IMG/VR virus record: IMGVR_UViG_3300032893_000036
Location: 3,221-67,220 of that record
DNA length: 64,000 bases
Reading direction: 5' to 3' (one strand)
Origin: a virus
This document shows, piece by piece, positions 53,513-63,229 of the stretch. A model generated the notes under the pieces. The model was not told where the DNA came from. It did not search any database and saw only the letters and a program-made list of their open reading frames with translations. Made by a program: the position numbers and the translations under genes. How positions within the stretch are numbered: position 1 is the first letter of the stretch; each line of letters starts with the position of its first letter.

Positions 53513-53544
53513 GAGCGTCAAATGGGGGGACACGGACGTCCCTT

Positions 53545-53778
53545 TCACTCAATCTCTGCGTAGTAGCCGTGCTCAGGCGGACTGGCACCCTTCTGGATCA
53601 ATGGAACGTACTGCATGGCGTGGCTCGCACCAGTCACATCGAGCACACTTAGATTCAACCGGCCGTCGCTGGTCACGTGCGCGACGGTAGCCGCGAGCAC
53701 CGCGCCATGCGGCAGAGTGTGATGAATGACGCCCTTCATGGGATGGAACAGGACTTTCTGACCCACGGTGACTGACAC
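53545..53778 (-). CDS. hypothetical protein
   Basis: TVG..V.F...LAA.V..V......NL.V.D..G motif. Confidence 0.6.
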   Translation of the reverse strand: MSVTVGQKVLFHPMKGVIHHTLPHGAVLAATVAHVTSDGRLNLSVLDVTGASHAMQYVPLIQKGASPPEHGYYAEIE

Positions 53779-53783
53779 GGCTG

Positions 53784-54338
53784 CTATTCCGGTATCGGCA
53801 CGTGTTCGTAAGTCTTCTTCACGTTAACCAGTGACTTGCCTTTGTTGTCACGCTCCAGCGTCCCTGGGGGCGCGCCACCGAGTTGCTCTTCCTTGCCACG
53901 CACTTGTGCGCGCGCAACGCGCAAATCCCGTTGCTTCGCTTCCTGCGTGATCTCAAGCGGCCGCTCCATCAGAATCATGCCGTCGCGCTCGATGGTTTCG
54001 CCCTGAAATCCGATCGGCATCAACTCGGGATGCCGTGAGCGCGGGACAGCCTCCCAACCCTTGTGTGCCATCGCGACCTGGTACGAGGGATTCTCCTTGC
54101 CGAGAACAGTGTAGGTCTTCCACTCGTAGGACCAGCCGTCGGGGATGGTCTTCGGGTCAATGTAGAACTTGTCGACGCCATCGTCATCGGAGGCGGTCTG
54201 CTCGCGGAGCTCCATTGCGCGGCGCGCGGCGCGGGTACGGGGGTCTTCTTCGCGGGGCTTGGGTGGTTCAACAATGGGACCGGCAGATTTCAAGGCCGTA
54301 GACACCGCGCCGGCAACGCCTTTGGAATTCTCGCTCAT
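53784..54338 (-). CDS. head-module hypothetical protein
   Basis: PDGW.YEWK, GWE.V, G.ILMERP; follows the scaffold gene. Confidence 0.7.
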   Translation of the reverse strand: MSENSKGVAGAVSTALKSAGPIVEPPKPREEDPRTRAARRAMELREQTASDDDGVDKFYIDPKTIPDGWSYEWKTYTVLGKENPSYQVAMAHKGWEAVPRSRHPELMPIGFQGETIERDGMILMERPLEITQEAKQRDLRVARAQVRGKEEQLGGAPPGTLERDNKGKSLVNVKKTYEHVPIPE

Positions 54339-55279
54339 GACAATTTTCCTTCTCGCTTCAACGCGACCTTGTTGCGCGCGTAATCCTCGACGGACATGCC
54401 CATGATGCCGGCCATCTCAACCTCCTCAGAGGTCAGTTTCACGACGTTCGGCCGACCACCATGGGCGCCATTGCTGCGACTGACCGGCGCCGCCGCAGGA
54501 GCCCCACGCCCACCAGTTGGCTGTGCCGCGTCGGCAGAGGCGTCCTCTACGGCAGCTTTCGTGACAGATGGCGTGGCAACATCAAGCGTTTTTTCGACCG
54601 ACGCAAAATACTCGGGACTATCGGCCTTCAGACCACGGGCCAGAGCGAGCTCGTGGGCAGCCAGCATCTGACGATTCTTATGCTGATCGCGTACAAATTC
54701 GGGATGAGATCGAACCCAACTAGCTGATGCCGGTGATAGTTGTGCGCAGAATTGCTCAACGGGATCAACTGGCGCGCGTGGGACAGGTTTCGGCGCGGAT
54801 TCGAGCGCCTTTTTGCCCGCTTCGAGTTGAATTAGCTTTGCCGAGTTGTTGGCCATTTCGCGCTGCAACTTCGCGGCAGTTTTGAAGTCCTGCGCAGCTA
54901 GCGCTTCGGCGTATTGACCCTCCAAAGTGTCACTGGATTCGGTTAATCGTTCGATTGCGCCCTTCACCAAGTCCAATTGACTCGTCTGTACCTCGCCGCG
55001 GGCCTTCGCCTCGGCTTGGGATGCCTCGTTGGCTCTCTGTTCGGCTGCTTGGCGTGCCGCGCGCTCATCCTCAAGCTGTTTTTTCAGCTTTTCTAGGCCC
55101 TCATCAGGCGAAAGGGTTGTTTTTTCGACTTTGGCAGGCTCGGCGGAGACCTTTTCAATCTCAACTTCTGGAGTTGAGTCGGCCGAGGCGCCATTCGCGG
55201 CCTTTTTGGCCGCTTCGGAGACCGCTTTGGCGTCTGCGGCCTCTAAATCGACTGCAATTTCTTCTGTTGGTGTTGACAT
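54335..55279 (-). CDS. capsid scaffolding protein
   Basis: Acidic N-terminus, coiled coil, W...HP, DS.EYF, C-terminal V.LT.EE..MA...GM..E.YA..K. Confidence 0.8.
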   Translation of the reverse strand: MSTPTEEIAVDLEAADAKAVSEAAKKAANGASADSTPEVEIEKVSAEPAKVEKTTLSPDEGLEKLKKQLEDERAARQAAEQRANEASQAEAKARGEVQTSQLDLVKGAIERLTESSDTLEGQYAEALAAQDFKTAAKLQREMANNSAKLIQLEAGKKALESAPKPVPRAPVDPVEQFCAQLSPASASWVRSHPEFVRDQHKNRQMLAAHELALARGLKADSPEYFASVEKTLDVATPSVTKAAVEDASADAAQPTGGRGAPAAAPVSRSNGAHGGRPNVVKLTSEEVEMAGIMGMSVEDYARNKVALKREGKLS

Positions 55280-55292
55280 TTATTTTACTCGG

Positions 55293-55739
55293 TCACCAGA
55301 CCACGCCTGGATGTGGAATTTTCGCGCGAATACTCGTGTCTTTCACGAGCCGACAGGGTACGAAGTCCTTGCTGGATAGCGCATCGGAGCGCATGTTGAT
55401 GTCAAGCGCCCATGTGTCAGACGGGCGAACAACGACCCAGTCGTGCAGCGAAATCGGAATGCCCGTCTTGATGTTGGTGTACGGGTCAACGCGCTCAAAG
55501 TCGCAGTGTTCGCCGATTTTCACGACCAATCCCACCTTTCCTTGGTACACATCCTCGTCCAATACACGACGCGACAGAACAATGCCGCCCGCAGTCGTCT
55601 CGGGACGGCGATAAATCGCGAGTAACACCTCGTTCTGCGCGATTTCGAACTCGGACACGTCGCCGATTTTCGCCAGGATCTCTTTTTTCAGATCATTGGC
55701 GGGGTCGTTTTGCTTGCTTTTCAGGGCGGTTGCTGGCAT
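55293..55739 (-). CDS. GroES-like co-chaperonin
   Basis: VL......PETTAGGIVL...VGLVVKIG...DWVV. Confidence 0.7.
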   Translation of the reverse strand: MPATALKSKQNDPANDLKKEILAKIGDVSEFEIAQNEVLLAIYRRPETTAGGIVLSRRVLDEDVYQGKVGLVVKIGEHCDFERVDPYTNIKTGIPISLHDWVVVRPSDTWALDINMRSDALSSKDFVPCRLVKDTSIRAKIPHPGVVW

Positions 55740-55742
55740 GGG

Positions 55743-55946
55743 TTACCGTTGATTGAGTGTTGTGTTGACTTGTTCACACATATCGTCGTGCACCGTGCGC
55801 AGCGCATGGAACTGGCCGACGAGCTTCTGATAGTCGGCGTAATCCTTCACGGCCTGACCGCTGCAAAGCATGTCGCCAATGTCCGCGATTCGGGCGGCGA
55901 TGAGTTTTTTCAGCTCGTGTTCGAATTGGGTGTTGAGGGTGGACAT
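55743..55946 (-). CDS. small head-module protein
   Basis: L.SG...DY..Y...VG...L motif. Confidence 0.65.
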   Translation of the reverse strand: MSTLNTQFEHELKKLIAARIADIGDMLCSGQAVKDYADYQKLVGQFHALRTVHDDMCEQVNTTLNQR

Positions 55947-55949
55947 GTT

Positions 55950-56147
55950 CTATCCGGGAAGGACCCAGCCGACAGCGCCGAAGCCCAGACATTCCGGGCA
56001 TTCGACCTCGCGCATTTTAATCGCGATTGGCTCAACATCGGTTAGCTTCACTTCTCCTGTGAATAGCGGCTTATCAAGCGAAGGCCGCTCCCAATATTCC
56101 TCTGTGATCCTGCCAGTGTTTTTGCAGCGCTTGCAGTTGAACATCAA
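55950..56147 (-). CDS. zinc-finger protein
   Basis: CKRC..TG...CPEC.G.G (DnaJ-like CxxCxGxG). Confidence 0.55.
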   Translation of the reverse strand: MMFNCKRCKNTGRITEEYWERPSLDKPLFTGEVKLTDVEPIAIKMREVECPECLGFGAVGWVLPG

Positions 56148-56974
56148 CCGTACGCCTTAGCCTTCTCCAACCTCCCCAACCCACTGCCACTACCCGCATT
56201 GAGCGGATAGTTCGTCCGGCCGCCCGACTTGCGCGCCATCATCGGCGCACCGGTAGGCGGTCCCATCGGAGCGGGCGGCGGCGCGCCTTGGTGCAGCCCG
56301 ACTGGGCCACTCAGAGGCGGGGGCATCGCGCCCGGTGGCGGCATCGGCGGCGGACCGCCCGCCATCCCTCCCGGCTGCGTGATGATAATGTTGACGTTGG
56401 TCTTGCCTTTGGTCCGGCCGCCGCCCTTGCGGGCCAGCCGACCAGCAACGGGACGAGTCCCACCTTGAGCGACCGATACGCCGCCTTTGGCGTGACCCAC
56501 TCGGCCGCCGCCGCACTTCGAGCAGCCGCAACCGGCGACATGGACCTTGCCGCCGTCCTTGCGCTGCATGACGGTCGGGGGCAACGGTGAGCTGCCCGTG
56601 TTCTGGATCAGAGGGCCGCCGGCAAGTTTGCCAGCGCGCCCGCCGCGCTTCATGCCGCCGATGTGCTTGGTACCTTCGCGCGACTCGTTCGCTTCCTTCA
56701 CGTCCTCGTTGATGAGTCCACCGTCGACCTTGATCCGGCCGCCTGACGCGCGCGGCTTCCGGTCGGCGCGCATGGCGCTCTTTAAGCCATCCACTGCGCC
56801 ACCGCTGCGGAACTGCCGGCGCGACACTGGGCGCGGACCGGTCTGGACCCCTGCATCCAGCGGCCCCTCCGGCGAGTACCCGCTCGCGTCAACACGCGAT
56901 CGTGGATCGGATTTCACCAACCGTTCAGCCTTCGATTTCGCGGCAGCTCGAGCAGATTCTGACGTGGAACTCAT
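56144..56974 (-). CDS. basic xxGG-repeat protein with Pro-rich C-terminus
   Basis: About 12 xxGG motifs; TNVNIII; GSG.GRLEK end. Confidence 0.75.
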   Translation of the reverse strand: MSSTSESARAAAKSKAERLVKSDPRSRVDASGYSPEGPLDAGVQTGPRPVSRRQFRSGGAVDGLKSAMRADRKPRASGGRIKVDGGLINEDVKEANESREGTKHIGGMKRGGRAGKLAGGPLIQNTGSSPLPPTVMQRKDGGKVHVAGCGCSKCGGGRVGHAKGGVSVAQGGTRPVAGRLARKGGGRTKGKTNVNIIITQPGGMAGGPPPMPPPGAMPPPLSGPVGLHQGAPPPAPMGPPTGAPMMARKSGGRTNYPLNAGSGSGLGRLEKAKAYG

Positions 56975-57252
56975 GGGGAACCCTCGAATGGTTTGTCGGC
57001 GACATTCTCGGCGGGAATGACAAAAAGCGGCTGAAGCGGGTGGCTGTCCGCCTTCTCGCCATCCTTGAATGCGGCTATCTCTGTTGGCAGCCGCTGCGAC
57101 ATCGACAGTTTCATCGCAAAATCATAGGCGGGATCCGACTCGCCCAGCGAGAAGTCTCGCACGGGTTCCCACTGGCCCGCGCACCAGCGCTGCACTCGGA
57201 GCGATGCACCGGAGCTGACGGGGTCTGTCCAGCGGATGATACGAACTCTCAC
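56971..57252 (-). CDS. hypothetical protein
   Basis: Overlaps both neighbours. Confidence 0.5.
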   Translation of the reverse strand: MRVRIIRWTDPVSSGASLRVQRWCAGQWEPVRDFSLGESDPAYDFAMKLSMSQRLPTEIAAFKDGEKADSHPLQPLFVIPAENVADKPFEGSP

Positions 57253-59645
57253 TGCGTAATTCCTCGATCCACATCCTGAATGATCTTGTGCGCTTTGTTA
57301 CCCACGCCGTCAACGTTCGGCTTGTGGGCTTTCCCGTCGGCGCCCGGCGGCTTGTGCGCTTTCACCAAGTCGGCCGCGAGCGCGATGGCGGCATCACGCT
57401 CTTTCGCCTGCCGGTCCTGATCGCGATTCTGATCCTCGATATGCATCTGCTGAATCTGCTGCCGGACCTGCAGTCGCTTGGTCTGTGCATCGTACAGCTT
57501 TGATTGCGCGTTCAATTTGTCGACGGGCGTGTCCACCTGCTGCGAGCCGGCGAGGCCCGCAGCCTGCGGCTTGGGCGCGTAGTGTCCGACAGCGATCTTA
57601 TTTTCAGCCTCTTTGTGCGTCGCCATCGCTTCTACGAGATCGGCCTTGGCGCGCATCGAGTCGGCGTCGGCCTTCTTGGTCTCGTTCGCCATCTCTGTCT
57701 GCATCTGGATCAGCTGCGGCGGCGGCGCCGCGCGCGCTTGCTGCGGCACAAAGAACTCCTCGGGATTGGCCCATCCCATCACGTTCAGCGCCGCAGTATC
57801 GCACTTGATCGGATCATATAGGTTGGGGCTCGCACCCTGCAGTTGCTTCAGGCCCATCACCTTCATGATCCGCTGGCCCTGCGATGACGTGTTCGGATCC
57901 GCCTGCGGGACCAACTCGCAGTTGTTCAGGGCGGCGATGAACTTCGCCTTGTCCCACACAGTCTTGGATTTGCAGCCGCGCTGCCAGAATGTCTCGGGGT
58001 TCTCTTTGAACTCACGTTTGAGCAGTTGGAACTCCTCGGCCTGCGCGGCGTGCATGCGCTTGTGCACGGCGTTCATGACCTTGATCGCCTGGTCGATCAT
58101 CGCCATGACCGTCCCGACCGGCACATCCGCCCGCCCCTCACCAACTTGCACCTCGGCCGTGCCGCCGATCCGGCGGCCGGTCTCGGCCATATTGTCCGTC
58201 AGGCTCATGAGCGCCGGCATCTGCTGCGTGCTGTAGGGCAGCGCCATGATTGCGTCGCGCAGCGGCACGCCGTTGGTCTTGACTGGGGCGCCGCCGCCCG
58301 GCGGCACGCGAAAAATGTTGGTGTTCTGGCGGCCCCCGCTGTCTTGCATCAGGAAGCCGGGGAAATTGGCAAACATGCCGTTGTCCAGCATCTCGCGCCA
58401 AGCAGCCGTGATCGCATTCGTCGTATTGCCGAGGATGTGCAGCAGTCCGATCCCGTAGAATCCGAGCCCCGGCACGAACGGGAACTTTACGAATCGCTGC
58501 CTTGCGACCGGCAGCTTCTCCGTCTCCTTGTCGAATCGCCGTACGACTGATAGCGCCTGACGGGATGACACGTCGATAGTCACCACGTACGGAATCGCGA
58601 GCCCGGTCACCTTGCCGTCGATCTTGTGTTCGAAGCCCGCAATATCGAGCTCGCAGCAGCACTCGTACAACTCGCGCTCCCGGTCGACGGGCCGGCGCAT
58701 GCCGTTGTCAGATAATCCCTGTTGCGCCTTTTCTTCCTGCTGTAATGCGTCCGACTGCGGGATCACGGCGTCGCCGAGTTCCACGTCCCGATACACCTTC
58801 AGGATCTGCATGCGCTTCAGCGTCGACGGCCGCATCATGACCCGGTGAGTCACCCGCTGCGCGTTCGCCAAGTCCGTCGCCGATTGGTTCACGATCAAAT
58901 CATCGGCGTCGATCGACTCTGACACCGGGCGGTTCCTGAGCGGGCACGTGTAGACCTTTTTGAAGCCGTCCCCCCCAAAGCCCGTCATGAACAGCATCCT
59001 GTCCGTGTCGGGGTAGTACTCGGTCGCGACCGCGGTCAGGTAATGATTGAAGTCCTGCTCAAGCGCGGTGGCAAGCTGATCCGTCACCAAGTCTGGCGAT
59101 GTCGAATCATTGCGAATTTTCACTGGGCCGTCGGTCGGCAGGAGTTCGGAGCGGGCATTAGCTTGGAACCGGAGTACTGCCTCAAGCAATAGGGGATGCC
59201 GGACCTTGCTCATTCCTTCCACGGGCGCGCCATCGGCGCCGCCGGCCACGTTCGGGAGCTCGATCTTGAGGCCGAGCAATTTCACACCGAGGGCCCTGTC
59301 CTCAATCCATTCCTGCCGGGACTGCAAGTCGTCCGCAATGCCCTGCAGCAAGTCATCTGTGATCCGGGCAAGTTCATCCGCTGGGATGTGCTCAGCCAGA
59401 TTGCCAAACCATTCTGTCGGCCCTTCATTCGCCGGGTTCACGTTGCCGAGAGGGCGCCCATCCAGCGAGACCGTGATCGCGCCGTCGGGGTGGCTGATCC
59501 GCAGGATATTGCCGGCGTCGTCGATATCTGGTGTGTCGGCTTGGTCGTCGGATACGTCCACGACGACTTTCGCGGCATCGGGCAGCTCCGGGTCGGGCTG
59601 GCCGACGATCCGAAGGTTGTGGATGTTGCCAGCGAGGCCGCTCAC
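57249..59645 (-). CDS. portal protein
   Basis: D..SR.EW, HPLL.EA..RFQA.A..EL.P..GPVK, N.YLT....EY, FKKVY, F.PG.GFYG.GL.H.LG, PVGT..A; likely GTG start at 59645. Confidence 0.92.
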   Translation of the reverse strand: MSGLAGNIHNLRIVGQPDPELPDAAKVVVDVSDDQADTPDIDDAGNILRISHPDGAITVSLDGRPLGNVNPANEGPTEWFGNLAEHIPADELARITDDLLQGIADDLQSRQEWIEDRALGVKLLGLKIELPNVAGGADGAPVEGMSKVRHPLLLEAVLRFQANARSELLPTDGPVKIRNDSTSPDLVTDQLATALEQDFNHYLTAVATEYYPDTDRMLFMTGFGGDGFKKVYTCPLRNRPVSESIDADDLIVNQSATDLANAQRVTHRVMMRPSTLKRMQILKVYRDVELGDAVIPQSDALQQEEKAQQGLSDNGMRRPVDRERELYECCCELDIAGFEHKIDGKVTGLAIPYVVTIDVSSRQALSVVRRFDKETEKLPVARQRFVKFPFVPGLGFYGIGLLHILGNTTNAITAAWREMLDNGMFANFPGFLMQDSGGRQNTNIFRVPPGGGAPVKTNGVPLRDAIMALPYSTQQMPALMSLTDNMAETGRRIGGTAEVQVGEGRADVPVGTVMAMIDQAIKVMNAVHKRMHAAQAEEFQLLKREFKENPETFWQRGCKSKTVWDKAKFIAALNNCELVPQADPNTSSQGQRIMKVMGLKQLQGASPNLYDPIKCDTAALNVMGWANPEEFFVPQQARAAPPPQLIQMQTEMANETKKADADSMRAKADLVEAMATHKEAENKIAVGHYAPKPQAAGLAGSQQVDTPVDKLNAQSKLYDAQTKRLQVRQQIQQMHIEDQNRDQDRQAKERDAAIALAADLVKAHKPPGADGKAHKPNVDGVGNKAHKIIQDVDRGITQ

Positions 59646-59896
59646 GCTATCTTCGCCTTCGGCGCCACCGAGCACACCCCCGGTATCCGCCGTCCGAACT
59701 CGGCCACAAACAGCTCCATCCCCTTGATCGCTGCGGAATTGTCCGAGTCCGCCGCAATCGGGTACACCCGCCGGTACCCGTGCGGGAACTCCCCGACCAC
59801 CGTCACCTGAAACACATACGGCCGCTGCGCCCGGCTGATCAGCTTCACGGTCGCCTTGCAACGGGGGGTCGCGTTCTCGAGGGTGAGTATCGTCAC
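59642..59896 (-). CDS. hypothetical protein upstream of the portal
   Basis: GTGA overlap with the portal start; TATTCT lies 7 nt before its GTG (possible leaderless start). Confidence 0.6.
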   Translation of the reverse strand: MTILTLENATPRCKATVKLISRAQRPYVFQVTVVGEFPHGYRRVYPIAADSDNSAAIKGMELFVAEFGRRIPGVCSVAPKAKIA

Positions 59897-59968
59897 GGCG
59901 CCTAGAATAGCCTAGCTCCCGCCAGATGTTACGATCTGGCCCCATCATTGCGCAAATCGGCACCCTAA

Positions 59969-61585
59969 ATGATCGAATTGCCGGCGAACTTCGACCGCGA
60001 GGCCCAGCTCCTGGACTTGGATCGGGCCGACTGCGAGGAAAGTCTCTATGTGTTCCTGAAGTCCGCCTGGAAGTACATCGACCCCGCACAGTGGAAAGAC
60101 GCCTGGGCCGTGGATGCGATCTGCGAACACCTGCAGGCCGTCGTCGACGGGGAAATCAAGCGACTGATCATCAACTGCCCGCCGCGCATCGGCAAAAGCA
60201 ACACTGTTTCGGTCGCCTTCCCTGCATGGACATGGGCACAACCCCGTTCGACTCCAACATGCGGTCCAGGCGTACCGTTCCTCTACGCCTCATATGCGGA
60301 CAAACTTTCCCTACGTGACTCGGTCAAATGCCGCCGGCTCATTGAGTCCAAGTGGTACCAAGCCCGATGGGGCAACCGGTTCCAACTCACGACGGACCAG
60401 AACACCAAGTCCCGTTTCACCAACGACAAGGGCGGCGATCGGCTCATCACCAGCATCGGGGCGGGCGTCACGGGCGAGGGCGGCAACATCATCTGTATCG
60501 ATGACCCTAACGCCGCCAACGATGTGGAGAGCGAGGCGACCACGGAATCCACCATCCAGTGGTGGACCACGGCCATGCCCACCCGATTGAACGATCCTGA
60601 ACATGGCGCCTTCATCATCATCCAGCAGCGGCTCGGCGAAGATGACCTGACCGGCCACATACTCGAGCACGAGGCGGATGGCTGGACGCATCTTTGCCTG
60701 CCTGGCCGCTATGAGCCTGAGCGGTCATTCCACACCATCATCGGCTGGAAGGACCCGCGCACCGAGCCTGGCGAGCTGTTGTGGCCCGAGCGCTTCAGTG
60801 AGGAGTATCTCAAACGGCTTGAGAAGAGCATGGGGCCGTATACGTTCGCGGGCCAGATCCAACAGCGCCCAGAGCCCAAGGGCGGCGGCATAATCAAGCG
60901 CGAATGGTGGAAACTTTGGGAGCACGACTCCTATCCGCCGATGGATTTCGTGTTGGCGACACTCGACGGTGCCTACACCGAGGATCGCATGAACGATCCC
61001 TCCGGCATGATCATCTGGGGAATCTTCTCCGGCGACGTCAAGGCACCCACGACGCGCATCGTCGCGAGCGACGGCACCCCGCAGCGCATGAATCAAACCT
61101 ATTCCGAATTTGCTCCGCACGTTATGTGTATGTATGCATGGACTGAGCGGCTTGAGCTCCACGCGCTCGTCGAAAAGGTCGCCCAAACTTGCGTCAAAAT
61201 GAAGGTCGACTTGCTGCTAATCGAGAACAAGGCGTCCGGCATCAGCGTGTCTCAGGAAATCCGGCGCCTGTACTGGCGCGAGCGATTCGGTGTTGAACTG
61301 TTTGATCCAAAGTCTCAAGACAAGGCCGCCAGACTCTACAGCGTCCAGCACCTCTTCGCGGAAGGCATCATCTACGGACCCGACCGACCGTGGATGGAAA
61401 GTGTTATTTCTCAAGTCGGCGCCTTCCCAAAAGGCCGCCACGACGAGTACGTTGACTTGACCTCCATGGGACTCAGGAAATTAAGAGATATGGGTCTGCT
61501 AGTCCGGCAGCCCGAACGCGAGGCCGACAACGAATCGGCTAAGATTTATCCGCGGGGGCAGGATCAGCCGCTGTATCCGGTGTGA
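59969..61585 (+). CDS. terL: terminase large subunit, opposite strand to all neighbouring late genes
   Basis: IINCPPRIGKS (Walker A), ICIDDP (Walker B), IIQQRL..DDL.G, GQIQQRP.P.GG, LDGAY, IENKASG, FP.G.HDEYVD. Confidence 0.95.
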   Translation: MIELPANFDREAQLLDLDRADCEESLYVFLKSAWKYIDPAQWKDAWAVDAICEHLQAVVDGEIKRLIINCPPRIGKSNTVSVAFPAWTWAQPRSTPTCGPGVPFLYASYADKLSLRDSVKCRRLIESKWYQARWGNRFQLTTDQNTKSRFTNDKGGDRLITSIGAGVTGEGGNIICIDDPNAANDVESEATTESTIQWWTTAMPTRLNDPEHGAFIIIQQRLGEDDLTGHILEHEADGWTHLCLPGRYEPERSFHTIIGWKDPRTEPGELLWPERFSEEYLKRLEKSMGPYTFAGQIQQRPEPKGGGIIKREWWKLWEHDSYPPMDFVLATLDGAYTEDRMNDPSGMIIWGIFSGDVKAPTTRIVASDGTPQRMNQTYSEFAPHVMCMYAWTERLELHALVEKVAQTCVKMKVDLLLIENKASGISVSQEIRRLYWRERFGVELFDPKSQDKAARLYSVQHLFAEGIIYGPDRPWMESVISQVGAFPKGRHDEYVDLTSMGLRKLRDMGLLVRQPEREADNESAKIYPRGQDQPLYPV

Positions 61586-61586
61586 T

Positions 61587-61913
61587 CTACTTTTCCACAT
61601 CCCGCGTCACCCAACTCACCCACCCATTGCTATGCCAAATATGACCTCCAGCAGGCAACTCGCACCGTAAACCCGCAGAGTTAGTATTCGAACATCGGCA
61701 ATCACGATCCTCTTTCGGCTCCTTCGCCGCCAACACCAGCCGAAAATTCAACAACTCATTGCGACGCAGCAACTGCTCCGTCGTCGGCTCGCGCGGTCCA
61801 CGAACCTTCCACGAGCGATACCAGTCCTCCACCGTGAACGGCTTCTTGCGAGAAAATCGGCCACCGAGCCTCATGAGCAATCGTCCACATCCGACGCCGC
61901 TGGCGTCTCCCAT
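61587..61913 (-). CDS. hypothetical protein
   Basis: Converges on terL with a 1-bp gap; C...C.L..GH..WH motif. Confidence 0.45.
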   Translation of the reverse strand: MGDASGVGCGRLLMRLGGRFSRKKPFTVEDWYRSWKVRGPREPTTEQLLRRNELLNFRLVLAAKEPKEDRDCRCSNTNSAGLRCELPAGGHIWHSNGWVSWVTRDVEK

Positions 61914-61938
61914 CCGACTCGGTCAGTCACGCTGGCAG

Positions 61939-62400
61939 TCATACGCGCATATCCTCAGTCAAGTATTTATCCTCCAGATCGAAGCGGATGACTTCCCCCT
62001 CAACCCTCGCAGAAATTCCCGCCGCATCAAACATCTCCTTCAACGACTGCGAGGTGTCGAAATAATACCGCCCAGGATCTTCACCCGTCAGGCACCAGAC
62101 CAATCCGCGGATAACCCCCTCGTAGTGCGCGGCACCCCTTTCGTTAAGATCCCGGCTTTTATCCACCATGACGCAAATAGCCGCGCGAATCGATTCTGGA
62201 TCTAAAGTCACTTCCCCCTCCGCTTGATCAACTTTCGCGGCAGGCGGATTCTCACATTCGCACGGACATAGAAAACCCTGCGCACGCAGACAACGCCCCA
62301 ATTCGTGTTTGCTCGGCATGAGCGAGCAGTCGCAACTGCCATCCTTCCCACTCTGCAGAAAGCATCCCGGATCATGATCGGGGTGGCGCAATATCATCAC
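61939..62400 (-). CDS. hypothetical protein
   Basis: Collinear with the recombinase; H...C......CDC motif. Confidence 0.5.
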   Translation of the reverse strand: MMILRHPDHDPGCFLQSGKDGSCDCSLMPSKHELGRCLRAQGFLCPCECENPPAAKVDQAEGEVTLDPESIRAAICVMVDKSRDLNERGAAHYEGVIRGLVWCLTGEDPGRYYFDTSQSLKEMFDAAGISARVEGEVIRFDLEDKYLTEDMRV

Positions 62401-62437
62401 GCCCTTACCCCCGCCTTCGCCAATAATTTCCGCCTGT

Positions 62438-63223
62438 TCATGCCTGCCTCAACATCCGCTTCACCGACTGCGCCCCATACGGCTTCCCACTCGCCGCCAT
62501 ATGCCCCGCCTCCGCCAGCCGGCTCGATATGCCGCGCAAACTCAGGTCCGGCCGCTCAGCCCGAATCTCCCGCGCCATCTCAATCGCCACCGGATTCCTC
62601 AGCGCCTTCCATGCCTTTCCGCCCTCGACCCGCTCACCCATCCGCGCACTCTTGCGATCCCGCGCGCCGCGCAACTTCTGCACCAGCATCGCCCGTTCCA
62701 ATCTCACGATCACGCCCAACATCTGACGGATCGCAACTGCCATCGGCTCATCCGACAAAAACATCTCCGGCGAGTCCGCCGCTATCAGCTGAATCCCCCT
62801 CGCCTTCAACAATTCATACCCCGCCTCTTGAACCATCAAATCACGCGCAAACCGCGACGCGCTCTCCACAATGATCGTCCGCGCTCCATTGCCCAGCATG
62901 TACTGCATCATCTCGCGGAATTGCGGGCGCTCTTCCACCCGATCACTCCCACTCACCGCCGCATCGTAAAACTCCCGAACAATCGTCAGACCGCGTGACT
63001 CAGCGCACTTCCTCACCGCTTCCTGCTGCCTAGGCAGCGAATCTTTGTCGGAACTCGCGTATGTCGATTCGGGGCTCAGGACCGGTCTCTTGGAGGACCC
63101 GTCAGCCAGAAAGGGGGGGTCGGGGGGTGATTTTTGCCTAATAGAGACTTGGCCGACGTTTGTGGCTGAGCTCGTGCGGTAATAGGCGACTGCGGTGTGC
63201 TGCTTGTGTGACGTCTCGACCAT
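62438..63223 (-). CDS. serine recombinase (resolvase/invertase family) with C-terminal HTH
   Basis: AYYRTSS catalytic Ser, SL.RQ, FYDAAVSG, RP.F..M, IIVE..SRFARD, ER..L..KL..AR; LSLR.I...L. Confidence 0.9.
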   Translation of the reverse strand: MVETSHKQHTAVAYYRTSSATNVGQVSIRQKSPPDPPFLADGSSKRPVLSPESTYASSDKDSLPRQQEAVRKCAESRGLTIVREFYDAAVSGSDRVEERPQFREMMQYMLGNGARTIIVESASRFARDLMVQEAGYELLKARGIQLIAADSPEMFLSDEPMAVAIRQMLGVIVRLERAMLVQKLRGARDRKSARMGERVEGGKAWKALRNPVAIEMAREIRAERPDLSLRGISSRLAEAGHMAASGKPYGAQSVKRMLRQA

Positions 63224-63229
63224 GTGCGC

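Noticed and set aside
59646-60089. N-terminal extension of the 946-aa portal ORF
   Set aside because: Overlaps terL and the 84-aa ORF and reads as shadow sequence; GTG at 59645 overlapping the upstream stop is the plausible start.
62438-63223. Large serine integrase indicating a temperate lifestyle
   Set aside because: Only 261 aa with no zinc-ribbon/coiled-coil domain; no CI-type repressor with a peptidase domain and no att site seen.
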